Positions 1-9,530 of a stretch of 32,000 nucleotides of DNA are shown here, piece after piece. The DNA comes from Megasphaera elsdenii DSM 20460. GTDB lineage: Bacteria > Bacillota > Negativicutes > Veillonellales > Megasphaeraceae. The notes under the pieces are model-generated. The model was given only the letters and a program-made list of their open reading frames with translations. It was not told where the DNA came from and did no database searches. Where the stretch lies: positions 840,001 through 872,000 of the forward strand of contig NZ_CP027570.1 in assembly GCF_003010495.1 (NCBI RefSeq), given 5' to 3'. Position 1 is the first letter of the stretch; the number at the start of each line of letters is the position of its first letter. The position numbers and the translations under genes were made by a program.

Positions 1-299
1 AAGGCTTCAATCGAAGGCTGATGTTTCAGCAAGACTGGCTCCTGCTGCCGCAGCCACGTTACCGTCGCGAAGGGCGTTGTATCGGTCTGAGCCGCTTCTA
101 CTGCCGATCCGTCGCCTAAGACGCGGTAGGCGTGGCCGTCGATGACGATGAGTTCACCGGCTACGGCATGAAACGTGCCCAGCCCCGTATCTCCATGGAG
201 CAGCAGTGTTTCCATATCCGTGCTGCCGTAATAATTGCCGCGGGCCAGGGCCTGCAGCGTAGACACCTGGTAAATGGCCTGGCGTTCTTCTCTTTCCAT
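1..299 (-). CDS. alsD: alpha-acetolactate decarboxylase, N-terminal ~99 codons (gene continues past the left edge)
   Basis: Absent from the ORF track because it has no stop inside the window. Reverse-strand ATG at 299-297 follows GAAAGGAAGG. Translation MEREERQAIYQVSTLQALARGNYYGSTDMETLLLHGDTGLGTFHAVAGELIVIDGHAYRVLGDGS matches the AlsD/BudA N-terminal signature (IYQVST...G.Y.G...GD.G(I/L)GTF...GELI..DG..YR...DG). Confidence 0.7.
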   Translation of the reverse strand, partial: MEREERQAIYQVSTLQALARGNYYGSTDMETLLLHGDTGLGTFHAVAGELIVIDGHAYRVLGDGSAVEAAQTDTTPFATVTWLRQQEPVLLKHQPSIEA

Positions 300-324
300 A
301 TAACCTTCCTTTCTTAAAGGCTGA

Positions 325-1704
325 CTATTTTTCATTGCCCTTCTCCGCTTTTTCATCGCTATCCGGGATTTCCTTGCGGGTCACTAAAATCTTATCGACC
401 CGCAGGTTATCCATATCCATGACTTCAAAAGTGAAATTTTCCCATTCATACGTATCGGTTTCCCGCGGGATGCGGCCTACGCCATACGTCATGAGGCCGC
501 CGAGGGTCTTATAGAGGTCCTCGTCTTCTTCGGGCAGGTCCTCTTCGATGTCGAAGAAGTCCTTGAACTCTTCAATGGTCAGCAGGCCTTCCATGAGCCA
601 TTCATTGGGACCGCGCTGGATGATGCGGTTCGCTTCTTCTTTCTTTTCTTCTTCACCGGCCGGCATGATGCCTACTAATTCTTCCAGGATATCGTGCAGC
701 GTCAGGATGCCGCTGAAATTGCCGTATTCATCGAGAACGGCGACTTCATGGACACTGTGTTCGCGAAAGACGTGGACGACCTTCATGATGTCCATGGATT
801 CGGGAATATAAATCGGCTTGTGGACGCTCTCTTCAACGATAGCTGTCAAAGAAACGTCCTTTTCCTTGCGGACAGCTGCATAGTATTTCTGAAAGATTTC
901 GCTGACGGAAATCATGCCGATGAAATCATCCAGGGAACCCCGGCCTACGGGCAGGGTATTGTGATTGAAGGCCACCAGTTCCTGCATCATCGTCTCTTCC
1001 GGGTCCTCGACGTCAATCCAATCGACCTGGGTCCGGTTGGTCATGATATCGCCGACGTCCATATCGGCCAGGCGGAAGACGCGGTCTACCAGTTCCGGCT
1101 CTTCTTTTTCAAAGGCCCCCAGTTCGACGCCCTGTTCCAGGAGCAGCTTGATTTCATCTTCTGTGACGGGCAGGACTTCTGGCTTGTTGACGCCCATGAT
1201 TTTCGTGACCACTGCCGTCGACCAGGACAGGATCCAGACGACCGGTGTACAGAGGACGGAAAAATAGAGCATCGGCCGGGCCAGGAGACAGGCGATTTTT
1301 TCCGGTTTGTCGATGGCAATGCGCTTGGGTACGATTTCACCGAGGATGATCGTCAAATAGGTGATGAAGGCGACGATGCCCGTCAGGCTGATCGTATAGG
1401 CATAATTTTCCAGGCCGGGGATCTTGGCGACGTATTTCGACAAGGGCCCGGCCATTTCCGTGCCCCCGTAGACACCGGTGAGCAGGCTGACCAGGGTAAT
1501 GCCGAACTGGACCATGGAAAACATCTTATTCGGATTTTCACGCAGTTTCAGGACGATGGCCGCCGATTTGCTGCCTTCATCGGCCAGGGCTTCCAGCCGC
1601 GACTGATGGCAGCTGACGATGGCCATTTCCAACAGCGAAAAGATGCCATTGCCAAAAATCAGCAAAATGATGACGATAAATTGTTTCCCTAGGGAAAACT
1701 CCAC
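325..1704 (-). CDS. HlyC/CorC (CNNM/TlyC) family membrane protein: DUF21 TM domain, CBS pair, CorC_HlyC C-terminal domain
   Basis: 459-aa ORF with a GTG start 10 nt after AAGGAGGG. Hydrophobic N-terminal third (LLEMAIVS..., GEIVPKRIA). Central CBS-pair region (DIMTNRTQV..., HEVAVLDEYGNFSGILTLHDILEELVG). C-terminal transporter-associated domain. Confidence 0.85.
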   Translation of the reverse strand: MEFSLGKQFIVIILLIFGNGIFSLLEMAIVSCHQSRLEALADEGSKSAAIVLKLRENPNKMFSMVQFGITLVSLLTGVYGGTEMAGPLSKYVAKIPGLENYAYTISLTGIVAFITYLTIILGEIVPKRIAIDKPEKIACLLARPMLYFSVLCTPVVWILSWSTAVVTKIMGVNKPEVLPVTEDEIKLLLEQGVELGAFEKEEPELVDRVFRLADMDVGDIMTNRTQVDWIDVEDPEETMMQELVAFNHNTLPVGRGSLDDFIGMISVSEIFQKYYAAVRKEKDVSLTAIVEESVHKPIYIPESMDIMKVVHVFREHSVHEVAVLDEYGNFSGILTLHDILEELVGIMPAGEEEKKEEANRIIQRGPNEWLMEGLLTIEEFKDFFDIEEDLPEEDEDLYKTLGGLMTYGVGRIPRETDTYEWENFTFEVMDMDNLRVDKILVTRKEIPDSDEKAEKGNEK

Positions 1705-1730
1705 AATAGATACACCCTCCTTTTACCTCG

Positions 1731-2522
1731 CTACCACCAAGGACCGACGCCGATGCCGATGCCACCGTGGTGGTGCCAGCCGCCGCCCCAGCCAATGCCG
1801 ATGCCGACGCCGACACCGGGTCCACTGTGGGACGATTCACTCCCATGACGGTCGGCTTCGTCGACGATGGTAAGGGTCTTGGTCACAGTCCGTACAGTAT
1901 CACCGATCTTCACGTCGATGACCAGGTCGGTCTTGCCGGCCTGCAGCGGATGGATATTCATTTTTTCCGTAATATCGGCGATTTTGGTATTCAAACTCGT
2001 CGCTTTGACGTCATAAGGAATCATGCCCGGTACGTGGACGCGGATGATGCCGTAGCTGCCCAGGGGAATCTTTTTCGGATAGACGACGACTTCGACTTTG
2101 TCCATGAGTTTTTCCGTATTGCCGTAGATAAGGGCCGCATCATCGCCGGCCTGCAGTTTCCAGGCACAGCTTTCATCCTTGGCGACGAAATAGTTGCCCA
2201 TGAGGACGTGAGATGCCGTATCATAGGCCTTTACATGATAGAAGTAATCGCCGACGAGGTTCTTATCGACGCGGAAATAGTAGCTGCCAACGAGTCCCGT
2301 CGTCTGGGACGGCAAATTCTGCAGCAGTCCCGTGACCTTATCGTAGGTACTCCCTTTCAGGATGTAAAAGTCATTGAGGTTCTTGACATTGACCGTCGGG
2401 TCTGTCAGGACGATGGCTGCCGCTTTTTCAGTACTGCCAGCTGCCGGCGCCTCTGCAGCCAGGGCGGTCATGGCCGTGACGGTGAAACAAAGACTGGTCA
2501 AGAGTATTTGCCATTTTTTCAT
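1731..2522 (-). CDS. secreted hypothetical protein with Big_2-like Ig domain and Gly/Val/Ile/Trp/His-rich C-terminal tail
   Basis: ATG preceded by GGGAGGGG. Signal peptide MKKWQILLTSLCFTVTAMTALAAEA. Segment ATSLNTKIADITEKMNIHPLQAGKTDLVIDVKIGDTVRTVTKTLTIV resembles bacterial Ig-like group 2. Tail is HSGPGVGVGIGIGWGGGWHHHGGIGIGVGPWW. Confidence 0.7.
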   Translation of the reverse strand: MKKWQILLTSLCFTVTAMTALAAEAPAAGSTEKAAAIVLTDPTVNVKNLNDFYILKGSTYDKVTGLLQNLPSQTTGLVGSYYFRVDKNLVGDYFYHVKAYDTASHVLMGNYFVAKDESCAWKLQAGDDAALIYGNTEKLMDKVEVVVYPKKIPLGSYGIIRVHVPGMIPYDVKATSLNTKIADITEKMNIHPLQAGKTDLVIDVKIGDTVRTVTKTLTIVDEADRHGSESSHSGPGVGVGIGIGWGGGWHHHGGIGIGVGPWW

Positions 2523-2555
2523 CGAAATCCCCTCCCATACACAGGGTAAAGCAGA

Positions 2556-3716
2556 TCATTTTTTCAAGATAGAAATATTTTCGAGCCGTTCCATAGCCTT
2601 TTCCAGGGTTTCGTCGCGGACGGCGAACTGCAGCCGCGCCAGGTGATGGACCGGTTCGATGAAGAACGTCGACGCCGGCACCAGGGCGACGCCGACTTTT
2701 TCCGCCAAATCCCGGCAGAATGCCTCATCGTCGTCATAGCCATAGCCGCCGATATCGACGAGCATGTAGAAAGCCCCTTGCGGTACATTATGGCCGATGC
2801 CGATATCATCGAGGCGCTTCATGACGAAATCCCGCTTGCGCGTGTACATGGCCCGCAGACCCTGGTAATAGTCCGGCCCGAAACGAAGGCCCGTGATAGC
2901 CGCTTCCTGCAGCGGACTGGGCGCGCTGATGGTCAGGTAGACGTGGAGCTTCTTGATGGCTTCCGTGATTTCCGGCGGAGCAAAGATATAGCCCAGGCGC
3001 CAGCCCGTGATGGAATACGTCTTGGACAAGGAACCGCAGCAGAGGGTCCGTCCGTACATGCCGGGCAGGGTCGAAAAATACGTATATTCCGTCGGTTCAT
3101 ATAGGATGTGTTCATAGACTTCGTCGATGACGACGAAAGTATCGTATTTTTCAGCCAGGCCGGAAATGACCATCAACTCGTCACGGCTGAAGACCTTGCC
3201 GCAGGGATTGGACGGGTTGCACAGAAAAATGACTTTCGGCCTCTGTTTAAAAGCCGCTTCCAGTTCATCGCCATCAAAAGTATAGTCCGGTTCCCGCAGG
3301 GAAACGTAAATCGGTTCGGCGCCGCAGAGCAGGGCATCCGTGCTGTACGCTTCGTAAAAAGGCGAAAAGAGGATGACTTTATCGCCAGGGTCGACGAGGG
3401 TCATCATGGCTGCCATCAAGGCTTCCGTCCCGCCACAGGTGACGACGACTTCTTTTTCCGGGTCGATAGTCTGTCCCGTGAACTGCCGGCGGCAGTCGGC
3501 CATGGCCTGGCGCAGATTGGCTGCGCCAGGGTCCATACTGTACTGATGAGGTCCTTCCTGAGCGACCTGGCTGAGGCGGTCGCACATGGCCTGAGGCGGC
3601 GGGAAATCAGGGAACCCTTCAGCCAGGTTGATGGCTCCGGAAGCTTCGGCAATGCGCGACATCCGGGCGATGACCGATTCTGTGAACAATTCGATTTTTC
3701 GGGAAAGTTTCGGCAT
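2556..3716 (-). CDS. PLP-dependent aminotransferase, class I/II (aspartate/methionine aminotransferase-like)
   Basis: 386 aa with RBS AGAGGAGA. Fold-type I motifs: NLAEGFPDFPPP, CNPSNPCGKVF, and SLSKTYSITGWRLGY with the Schiff-base Lys. Confidence 0.85.
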   Translation of the reverse strand: MPKLSRKIELFTESVIARMSRIAEASGAINLAEGFPDFPPPQAMCDRLSQVAQEGPHQYSMDPGAANLRQAMADCRRQFTGQTIDPEKEVVVTCGGTEALMAAMMTLVDPGDKVILFSPFYEAYSTDALLCGAEPIYVSLREPDYTFDGDELEAAFKQRPKVIFLCNPSNPCGKVFSRDELMVISGLAEKYDTFVVIDEVYEHILYEPTEYTYFSTLPGMYGRTLCCGSLSKTYSITGWRLGYIFAPPEITEAIKKLHVYLTISAPSPLQEAAITGLRFGPDYYQGLRAMYTRKRDFVMKRLDDIGIGHNVPQGAFYMLVDIGGYGYDDDEAFCRDLAEKVGVALVPASTFFIEPVHHLARLQFAVRDETLEKAMERLENISILKK

Positions 3717-3727
3717 AATGTCTCCTC

Positions 3728-5677
<1,950 letters not shown>

Positions 5678-5708
5678 TTAGTGATCCATTTAGGCAATCT
5701 AACACTTT

Positions 5709-5737
5709 ATTATACCTTAAATTCAAACATTTTTGAA
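5709..5737 (-). promoter_or_regulatory. candidate sigma-70-type promoter for gyrB (TTCAAA-17-TATAAT on minus strand)
   Basis: Reverse complement reads TTCAAA (5737-5732), a 17-nt spacer, then TATAAT (5714-5709). The -35 lies in the last codons of the upstream small gene and inside the inverted repeat ATTCAAA-N4-TTTGAAT. Confidence 0.35.
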
Positions 5738-5986
5738 TACATACCTTGCCTGGCGCAGGCACTTCTGATAACGCCGGACCATCGTTTCCCCCGTGACCGG
5801 CAGGGCAAAGACCTGTTCTCCCGTGATGACCAGACAGCGCCAGTCCCTTTCCGGTATCCCGTCGACAGCCACCAGGGGAAGGCACAGGTGCTTGCGGACG
5901 GACCGGCCCGGATGACCGTTCAGATTGATGATGGCGACGATATCGCCGGCAGGGATGGAAATCTCACGGCTCAGGTGAAGATACAT
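5723..5986 (-). CDS. small YaaB/RemB-like protein (DUF370-type) in the conserved recF-gyrB slot
   Basis: I take the ATG at 5986, preceded by GGAGGAAAG. The 87-aa product starts MYLHLSREISIPAGDIVAIINL, which resembles my recollection of the B. subtilis YaaB start. Its position between recF and gyrB is conserved. The 46-codon N-terminal extension in the track overlaps the upstream gene and looks spurious. Confidence 0.65.
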   Translation of the reverse strand: MYLHLSREISIPAGDIVAIINLNGHPGRSVRKHLCLPLVAVDGIPERDWRCLVITGEQVFALPVTGETMVRRYQKCLRQARYVFKNV

Positions 5987-6866
5987 GGTCGTCTTTCCTC
6001 CTATATTTGGCAACGAGGTTCTCAATGAATTTCGGCGGAATCTCGCCGGGAACGCGGCGGGTGATGAGCATGGCCAGAGTGAAATCATCGGCCGCCGTAT
6101 CGTATTCATAATAGACCTTTTCAATATACGTATAAATCAGGTTCCGGCGGACTTCATTATACGCCTGTTCCACATCGCCTGCCGTCACCGGTACCTGGAG
6201 ATAAGCGGCCAGGGCTTCCCACGACAGCCAGGGCATGTCGTCGAGGTGGGAACGGATCTGCCGTTTCAAGGCCTGCCGGGCCTCACTGCGGCAAAAGAGA
6301 CATTCCTTTTCGCCAGGCGCCATCCAGCGGCCGCAGCGGGGACAGGCGGCGAAGCCTTCCAGCTCATAGGCCTTCTTCCGCTTGGCCTGGGCAAAGCGGA
6401 GCTGAACGACTTTTTCCCGCAGCCCTTCTGGCAGATGAGCCGTTTCCCGACGGATATGGGCCACCGTTGCGTCATCCAGGCGCACCTGGCTGATAGTCTC
6501 TTTAGGAAAGACATCTTCCACCTCGCCTTCCAGGGTCTCATAGACCGTCCGGACCGGCTTCTTTCCCTTTTTGACAAAACGGACATCGGCAATGGCCCGA
6601 TGCCCGACATAAGAATTAATTTCCTCTATTATTTTATTTTTATACATAAACAAGTAATTCATATAGACCGGGTTCATGACGGCAATGATGACCTGTTTAT
6701 CCTTAAAATCTAATATATATGAATATTTAGCAATCTGTTCGCCTGCAATCTGCTTCCAGTCCCGTTTGGCCTGGTACAGGTGATAGGGCAAAAGAAGCCG
6801 GTTCTGCTCCAATACCTTCGGTATGGCTAAACCGGCTTTTTTTAATTCAAGACTGCGTTCCTCCAT
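5964..6866 (-). CDS. DUF721 (DciA-like/COG5512-type) protein with internal Cys4 zinc ribbon and extra C-terminal domain
   Basis: I take the ATG at 6866 (MEERSLELKK...), preceded by GGGAAGGTG and overlapping the recF end by 20 nt. N-terminal segment WKQIAGEQIAKYSYILDFKDKQVIIAVMNPVYMNYL is DUF721-like. Zinc ribbon is CPRCGRWMAPGEKECLFC. Position directly after recF is conserved. Confidence 0.75.
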   Translation of the reverse strand: MEERSLELKKAGLAIPKVLEQNRLLLPYHLYQAKRDWKQIAGEQIAKYSYILDFKDKQVIIAVMNPVYMNYLFMYKNKIIEEINSYVGHRAIADVRFVKKGKKPVRTVYETLEGEVEDVFPKETISQVRLDDATVAHIRRETAHLPEGLREKVVQLRFAQAKRKKAYELEGFAACPRCGRWMAPGEKECLFCRSEARQALKRQIRSHLDDMPWLSWEALAAYLQVPVTAGDVEQAYNEVRRNLIYTYIEKVYYEYDTAADDFTLAMLITRRVPGEIPPKFIENLVAKYRRKDDHVSSPEP

Positions 6867-7959
6867 GAGACAGCACCTTCCCTTTTTCAATACAAATGGG
6901 ATGACACCCGGCCATGCCGGCAAAGATGTCCGGCTCCGTCGTCGTAATGAACGTCTGGATACGGTCGCGGACAAAGTCGAGCAAGGCCTGCCGGCGATCC
7001 GGGTCCAGTTCGCTCATGACGTCGTCCAGGAGCAATACGGGATATTCGCCCGTCTCGGACTTGACGTATTCCAGCTCTGATAATTTCAAGGCCAGGACGG
7101 CCGTCCGCTGCTGTCCCTGGGAACCGTATTTCCGCAGGTCTGCCGGGCCGACGGAAAAGACGAGGTCGTCCCGATGAGGGCCGACGGATGTTGCCTGACG
7201 GCGGACGTCTTCTTCCAGATGGCGCTGCAAGAGCGTATAGTACCATTCCGGATCGGTCTGATGGCTCCGGTCGCCGCCGCCGTAGGGCTGAACATATGTT
7301 AGGTCCAGCATCTCCTGGCCCCGGCTCAATCGCTTGTGGAGGACGCCGGCCAGAAAGGCCAGCTTGTGCAGGGCCGAAAGCCGCTTGGCTACCAGCGAGG
7401 CCGCAAAGCCGGCAATCTGGCGGTCCCATTCCTCGATGGGATGGATGCCTTCATATTTCATTTTCTTCAGCAAGAGATTGCGCTGGGAAATAGCCCGGTT
7501 ATACTGCAGCAGTTCCTGGTAATAGGACCGGCTGACCTGGGAAATCTCCATGTCCATGAACCGGCGCCGCAGGGACGGGCTGCCCTTGATGAGCTGCAGG
7601 TCGTCCGGCGAGAACAGGACTTCGTTGAGCGTCCCGACAAGTTCCTTCTGGGGAACTTTTGTTTCATTGACCCAGAGTTCTTTCTTGGCCGTCTTCGATA
7701 AGATGATCTTCAGCTGCTGCCGCGTTTCGCTCCGCCTGAACTGGATGATGACGCTGGCCTGGTCCTGGTTCCAGCTGATGAGGTCGGCGTCGGCTATGCC
7801 CCGGTAGGACTTGCCGATGCCTCCCATATATAAGGATTCCAGGAGATTCGTCTTGCCCTGGCCATTCCTCCCGTACAGGAGGATGATGGCTTTGGGAAAA
7901 GTGATCACTTCGTCCTCATAATTGCGGAAACGGTGGAGCCGGACCGATTCAATCATCAT
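6847..7959 (-). CDS. recF: DNA replication and repair protein RecF
   Basis: 370 aa. Walker A GRNGQGKTNLLES, signature SQGQQRT, Walker B LLLDDVMSELD. Sits in the canonical position after dnaN-yaaA. Confidence 0.95.
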   Translation of the reverse strand: MMIESVRLHRFRNYEDEVITFPKAIILLYGRNGQGKTNLLESLYMGGIGKSYRGIADADLISWNQDQASVIIQFRRSETRQQLKIILSKTAKKELWVNETKVPQKELVGTLNEVLFSPDDLQLIKGSPSLRRRFMDMEISQVSRSYYQELLQYNRAISQRNLLLKKMKYEGIHPIEEWDRQIAGFAASLVAKRLSALHKLAFLAGVLHKRLSRGQEMLDLTYVQPYGGGDRSHQTDPEWYYTLLQRHLEEDVRRQATSVGPHRDDLVFSVGPADLRKYGSQGQQRTAVLALKLSELEYVKSETGEYPVLLLDDVMSELDPDRRQALLDFVRDRIQTFITTTEPDIFAGMAGCHPICIEKGKVLSHGGTQS

Positions 7960-7961
7960 AA

Positions 7962-8180
7962 TTATTCACCTTTAATCAAATACGTACCGATACCTTTAAT
8001 TTCGATTTTGTCTCCCGGATAGAGTTTTTTGCGTTTAGCAGTGCATAAATTTCCATTTACAAAAATTTTCTTTTCGTCCAGCAGGAAGCGGATTTCACCG
8101 CCGCTCTGTAAAATACTGGCCCATTTCAAGAATTGGTCGAGCTGGATCATCGCGGTCGTAATAGTTACTGTTTCCATCAT
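7962..8180 (-). CDS. yaaA: S4-domain RNA-binding protein YaaA
   Basis: ATG at 8180 overlaps the dnaN TGA (ATGA). The 72-aa product is MMETVTITTAMIQLDQFLKWASILQSGGEIRFLLDEKKIFVNGNLCTAKRKKLYPGDKIEI. Position between dnaN and recF is conserved. Confidence 0.85.
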   Translation of the reverse strand: MMETVTITTAMIQLDQFLKWASILQSGGEIRFLLDEKKIFVNGNLCTAKRKKLYPGDKIEIKGIGTYLIKGE

Positions 8181-9292
8181 TTTGTCCTCATAGGCGTTAC
8201 AACAAATACACAAGACGTATCTTCTTTATCCTGGACCAGCATGGGGCTGTTTTCCTTAGATTTCAAGATGACTTCCGAATCATGGCAATGTTTCAGGATA
8301 TCGAGGATGAATTTCCCGTTAAAGGAAATATCCAGGCCCTGGCCTTCCAGATGGCAGGGAACGTAATCTTCGACGGTCCCGTAATCGGGATGCTGGCTCA
8401 TGAGCTTGATCTGATCGTCGGCGACGATGAAGTTGATGACGTTGTACTGGGCATCTTTGGCTACGATGGAAGCGCGTTCGACGGCGCCCGTAAATTCCGC
8501 CCGGTCTACGGTGACGACGCACTTGAAGTCACTCGGGATGACGCGCCGATAATTTGGGAACTCCCCTTCGATGAGCCGCGTCCGGATGTAGACATTGCCG
8601 AACTGGACGGCCAGGTAATTCCGGACCGCCGTGATTTCTACCGTTTCCGGGATATCCGTCGGCAGCTGGCGGGAAATTTCTGATAACAGTCGGCTGGGGA
8701 TAACGGCCTGCAGCGGATTATCCACAGGTTCATCCAAGGTGGCCGTCTTCAAAGCCAGGCGGTGCGTATCCGTAGCGACCATGGTCATCTGGTCGCCCTG
8801 GACATCGAGGTAAGTCCCCATGAAAATCGGCCGGGCCACGTCGGTGGCACAGGCATAGGACGTATTATCGATGAGGTCTTTCATGACGACGCTCGTCGTC
8901 GTAAAGCTGGCATAGCCGTTTTCGACGATTTCGACTTCATTGAAATCATCGGGATTCATGGTCAGACATTCAAACTTGAGTTTGCCGCCTTTGATCATAA
9001 GCTGCGTATCGGCATCTTCCTTGATGATTTCGATTTCATCGCTGGGCAGGCGCCGGGTCAATTCCATTAAATACGGATTGGCAATAAAAGCTTCCCCGCC
9101 TTCTTCAATGATGCCGGGAACTGTAATCTTGATGCCCATGTCGTAGTCATTGGCCTGGAACTCGATGATACCATGCAGGGCTTTGATAAGCAAGCCGTTT
9201 TCAGAAGATATGTTGTTGCTTTTGTTCTGAGCGACTTTCTGGACTGCCTGCAGGCCTTTGTTCAGATCTTCTTTTTTCAGTTTTAGTCTCAA
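8177..9292 (-). CDS. dnaN: DNA polymerase III beta sliding clamp
   Basis: 371 aa with typical three-domain length. N-terminus MRLKLKKEDLNKGLQAVQKV, with DTHRLA and PNYRRVIP motifs. Lies directly downstream of dnaA. Confidence 0.97.
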   Translation of the reverse strand: MRLKLKKEDLNKGLQAVQKVAQNKSNNISSENGLLIKALHGIIEFQANDYDMGIKITVPGIIEEGGEAFIANPYLMELTRRLPSDEIEIIKEDADTQLMIKGGKLKFECLTMNPDDFNEVEIVENGYASFTTTSVVMKDLIDNTSYACATDVARPIFMGTYLDVQGDQMTMVATDTHRLALKTATLDEPVDNPLQAVIPSRLLSEISRQLPTDIPETVEITAVRNYLAVQFGNVYIRTRLIEGEFPNYRRVIPSDFKCVVTVDRAEFTGAVERASIVAKDAQYNVINFIVADDQIKLMSQHPDYGTVEDYVPCHLEGQGLDISFNGKFILDILKHCHDSEVILKSKENSPMLVQDKEDTSCVFVVTPMRTK

Positions 9293-9315
9293 TGGGTTAT
9301 CCTCTTTTCTGCGCT

Positions 9316-9530
9316 GAGTAAATTAATTAAATGTGAATTAAAAAATAGTAGTCTTAGTAATAGTGGCTGTGAATTTGTGGATAAGTGGAAAAAGTCAGCT
9401 ATTTTAACCTATCCACACCTGTGGACAATGTGTGGATAAAACGTTGATTTTTATCCACATTTCCACTGTGGATTTCTTTTTTCGACTTATCCACAATGTA
9501 TGTACAATTTTATCCGCCTAGTTATCCACA
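9316..9530. promoter_or_regulatory. oriC, dnaA-dnaN part: AT-rich unwinding region, DnaA-trio-like array and DnaA-box cluster
   Basis: Perfect TTATCCACA/TGTGGATAA boxes at 9376-9384(-), 9431-9439(-), 9451-9459(+), 9487-9495(+) and 9522-9530(+). One-mismatch boxes at 9409-9417 and 9420-9428. AT-rich stretch at 9316-9363. Confidence 0.85.

Noticed and set aside
132-317. 61-aa + strand ORF at the left edge.
   Set aside because: It lies antisense to the clearly recognisable alsD N-terminus (complement 1-299), has no SD and has no family resemblance.
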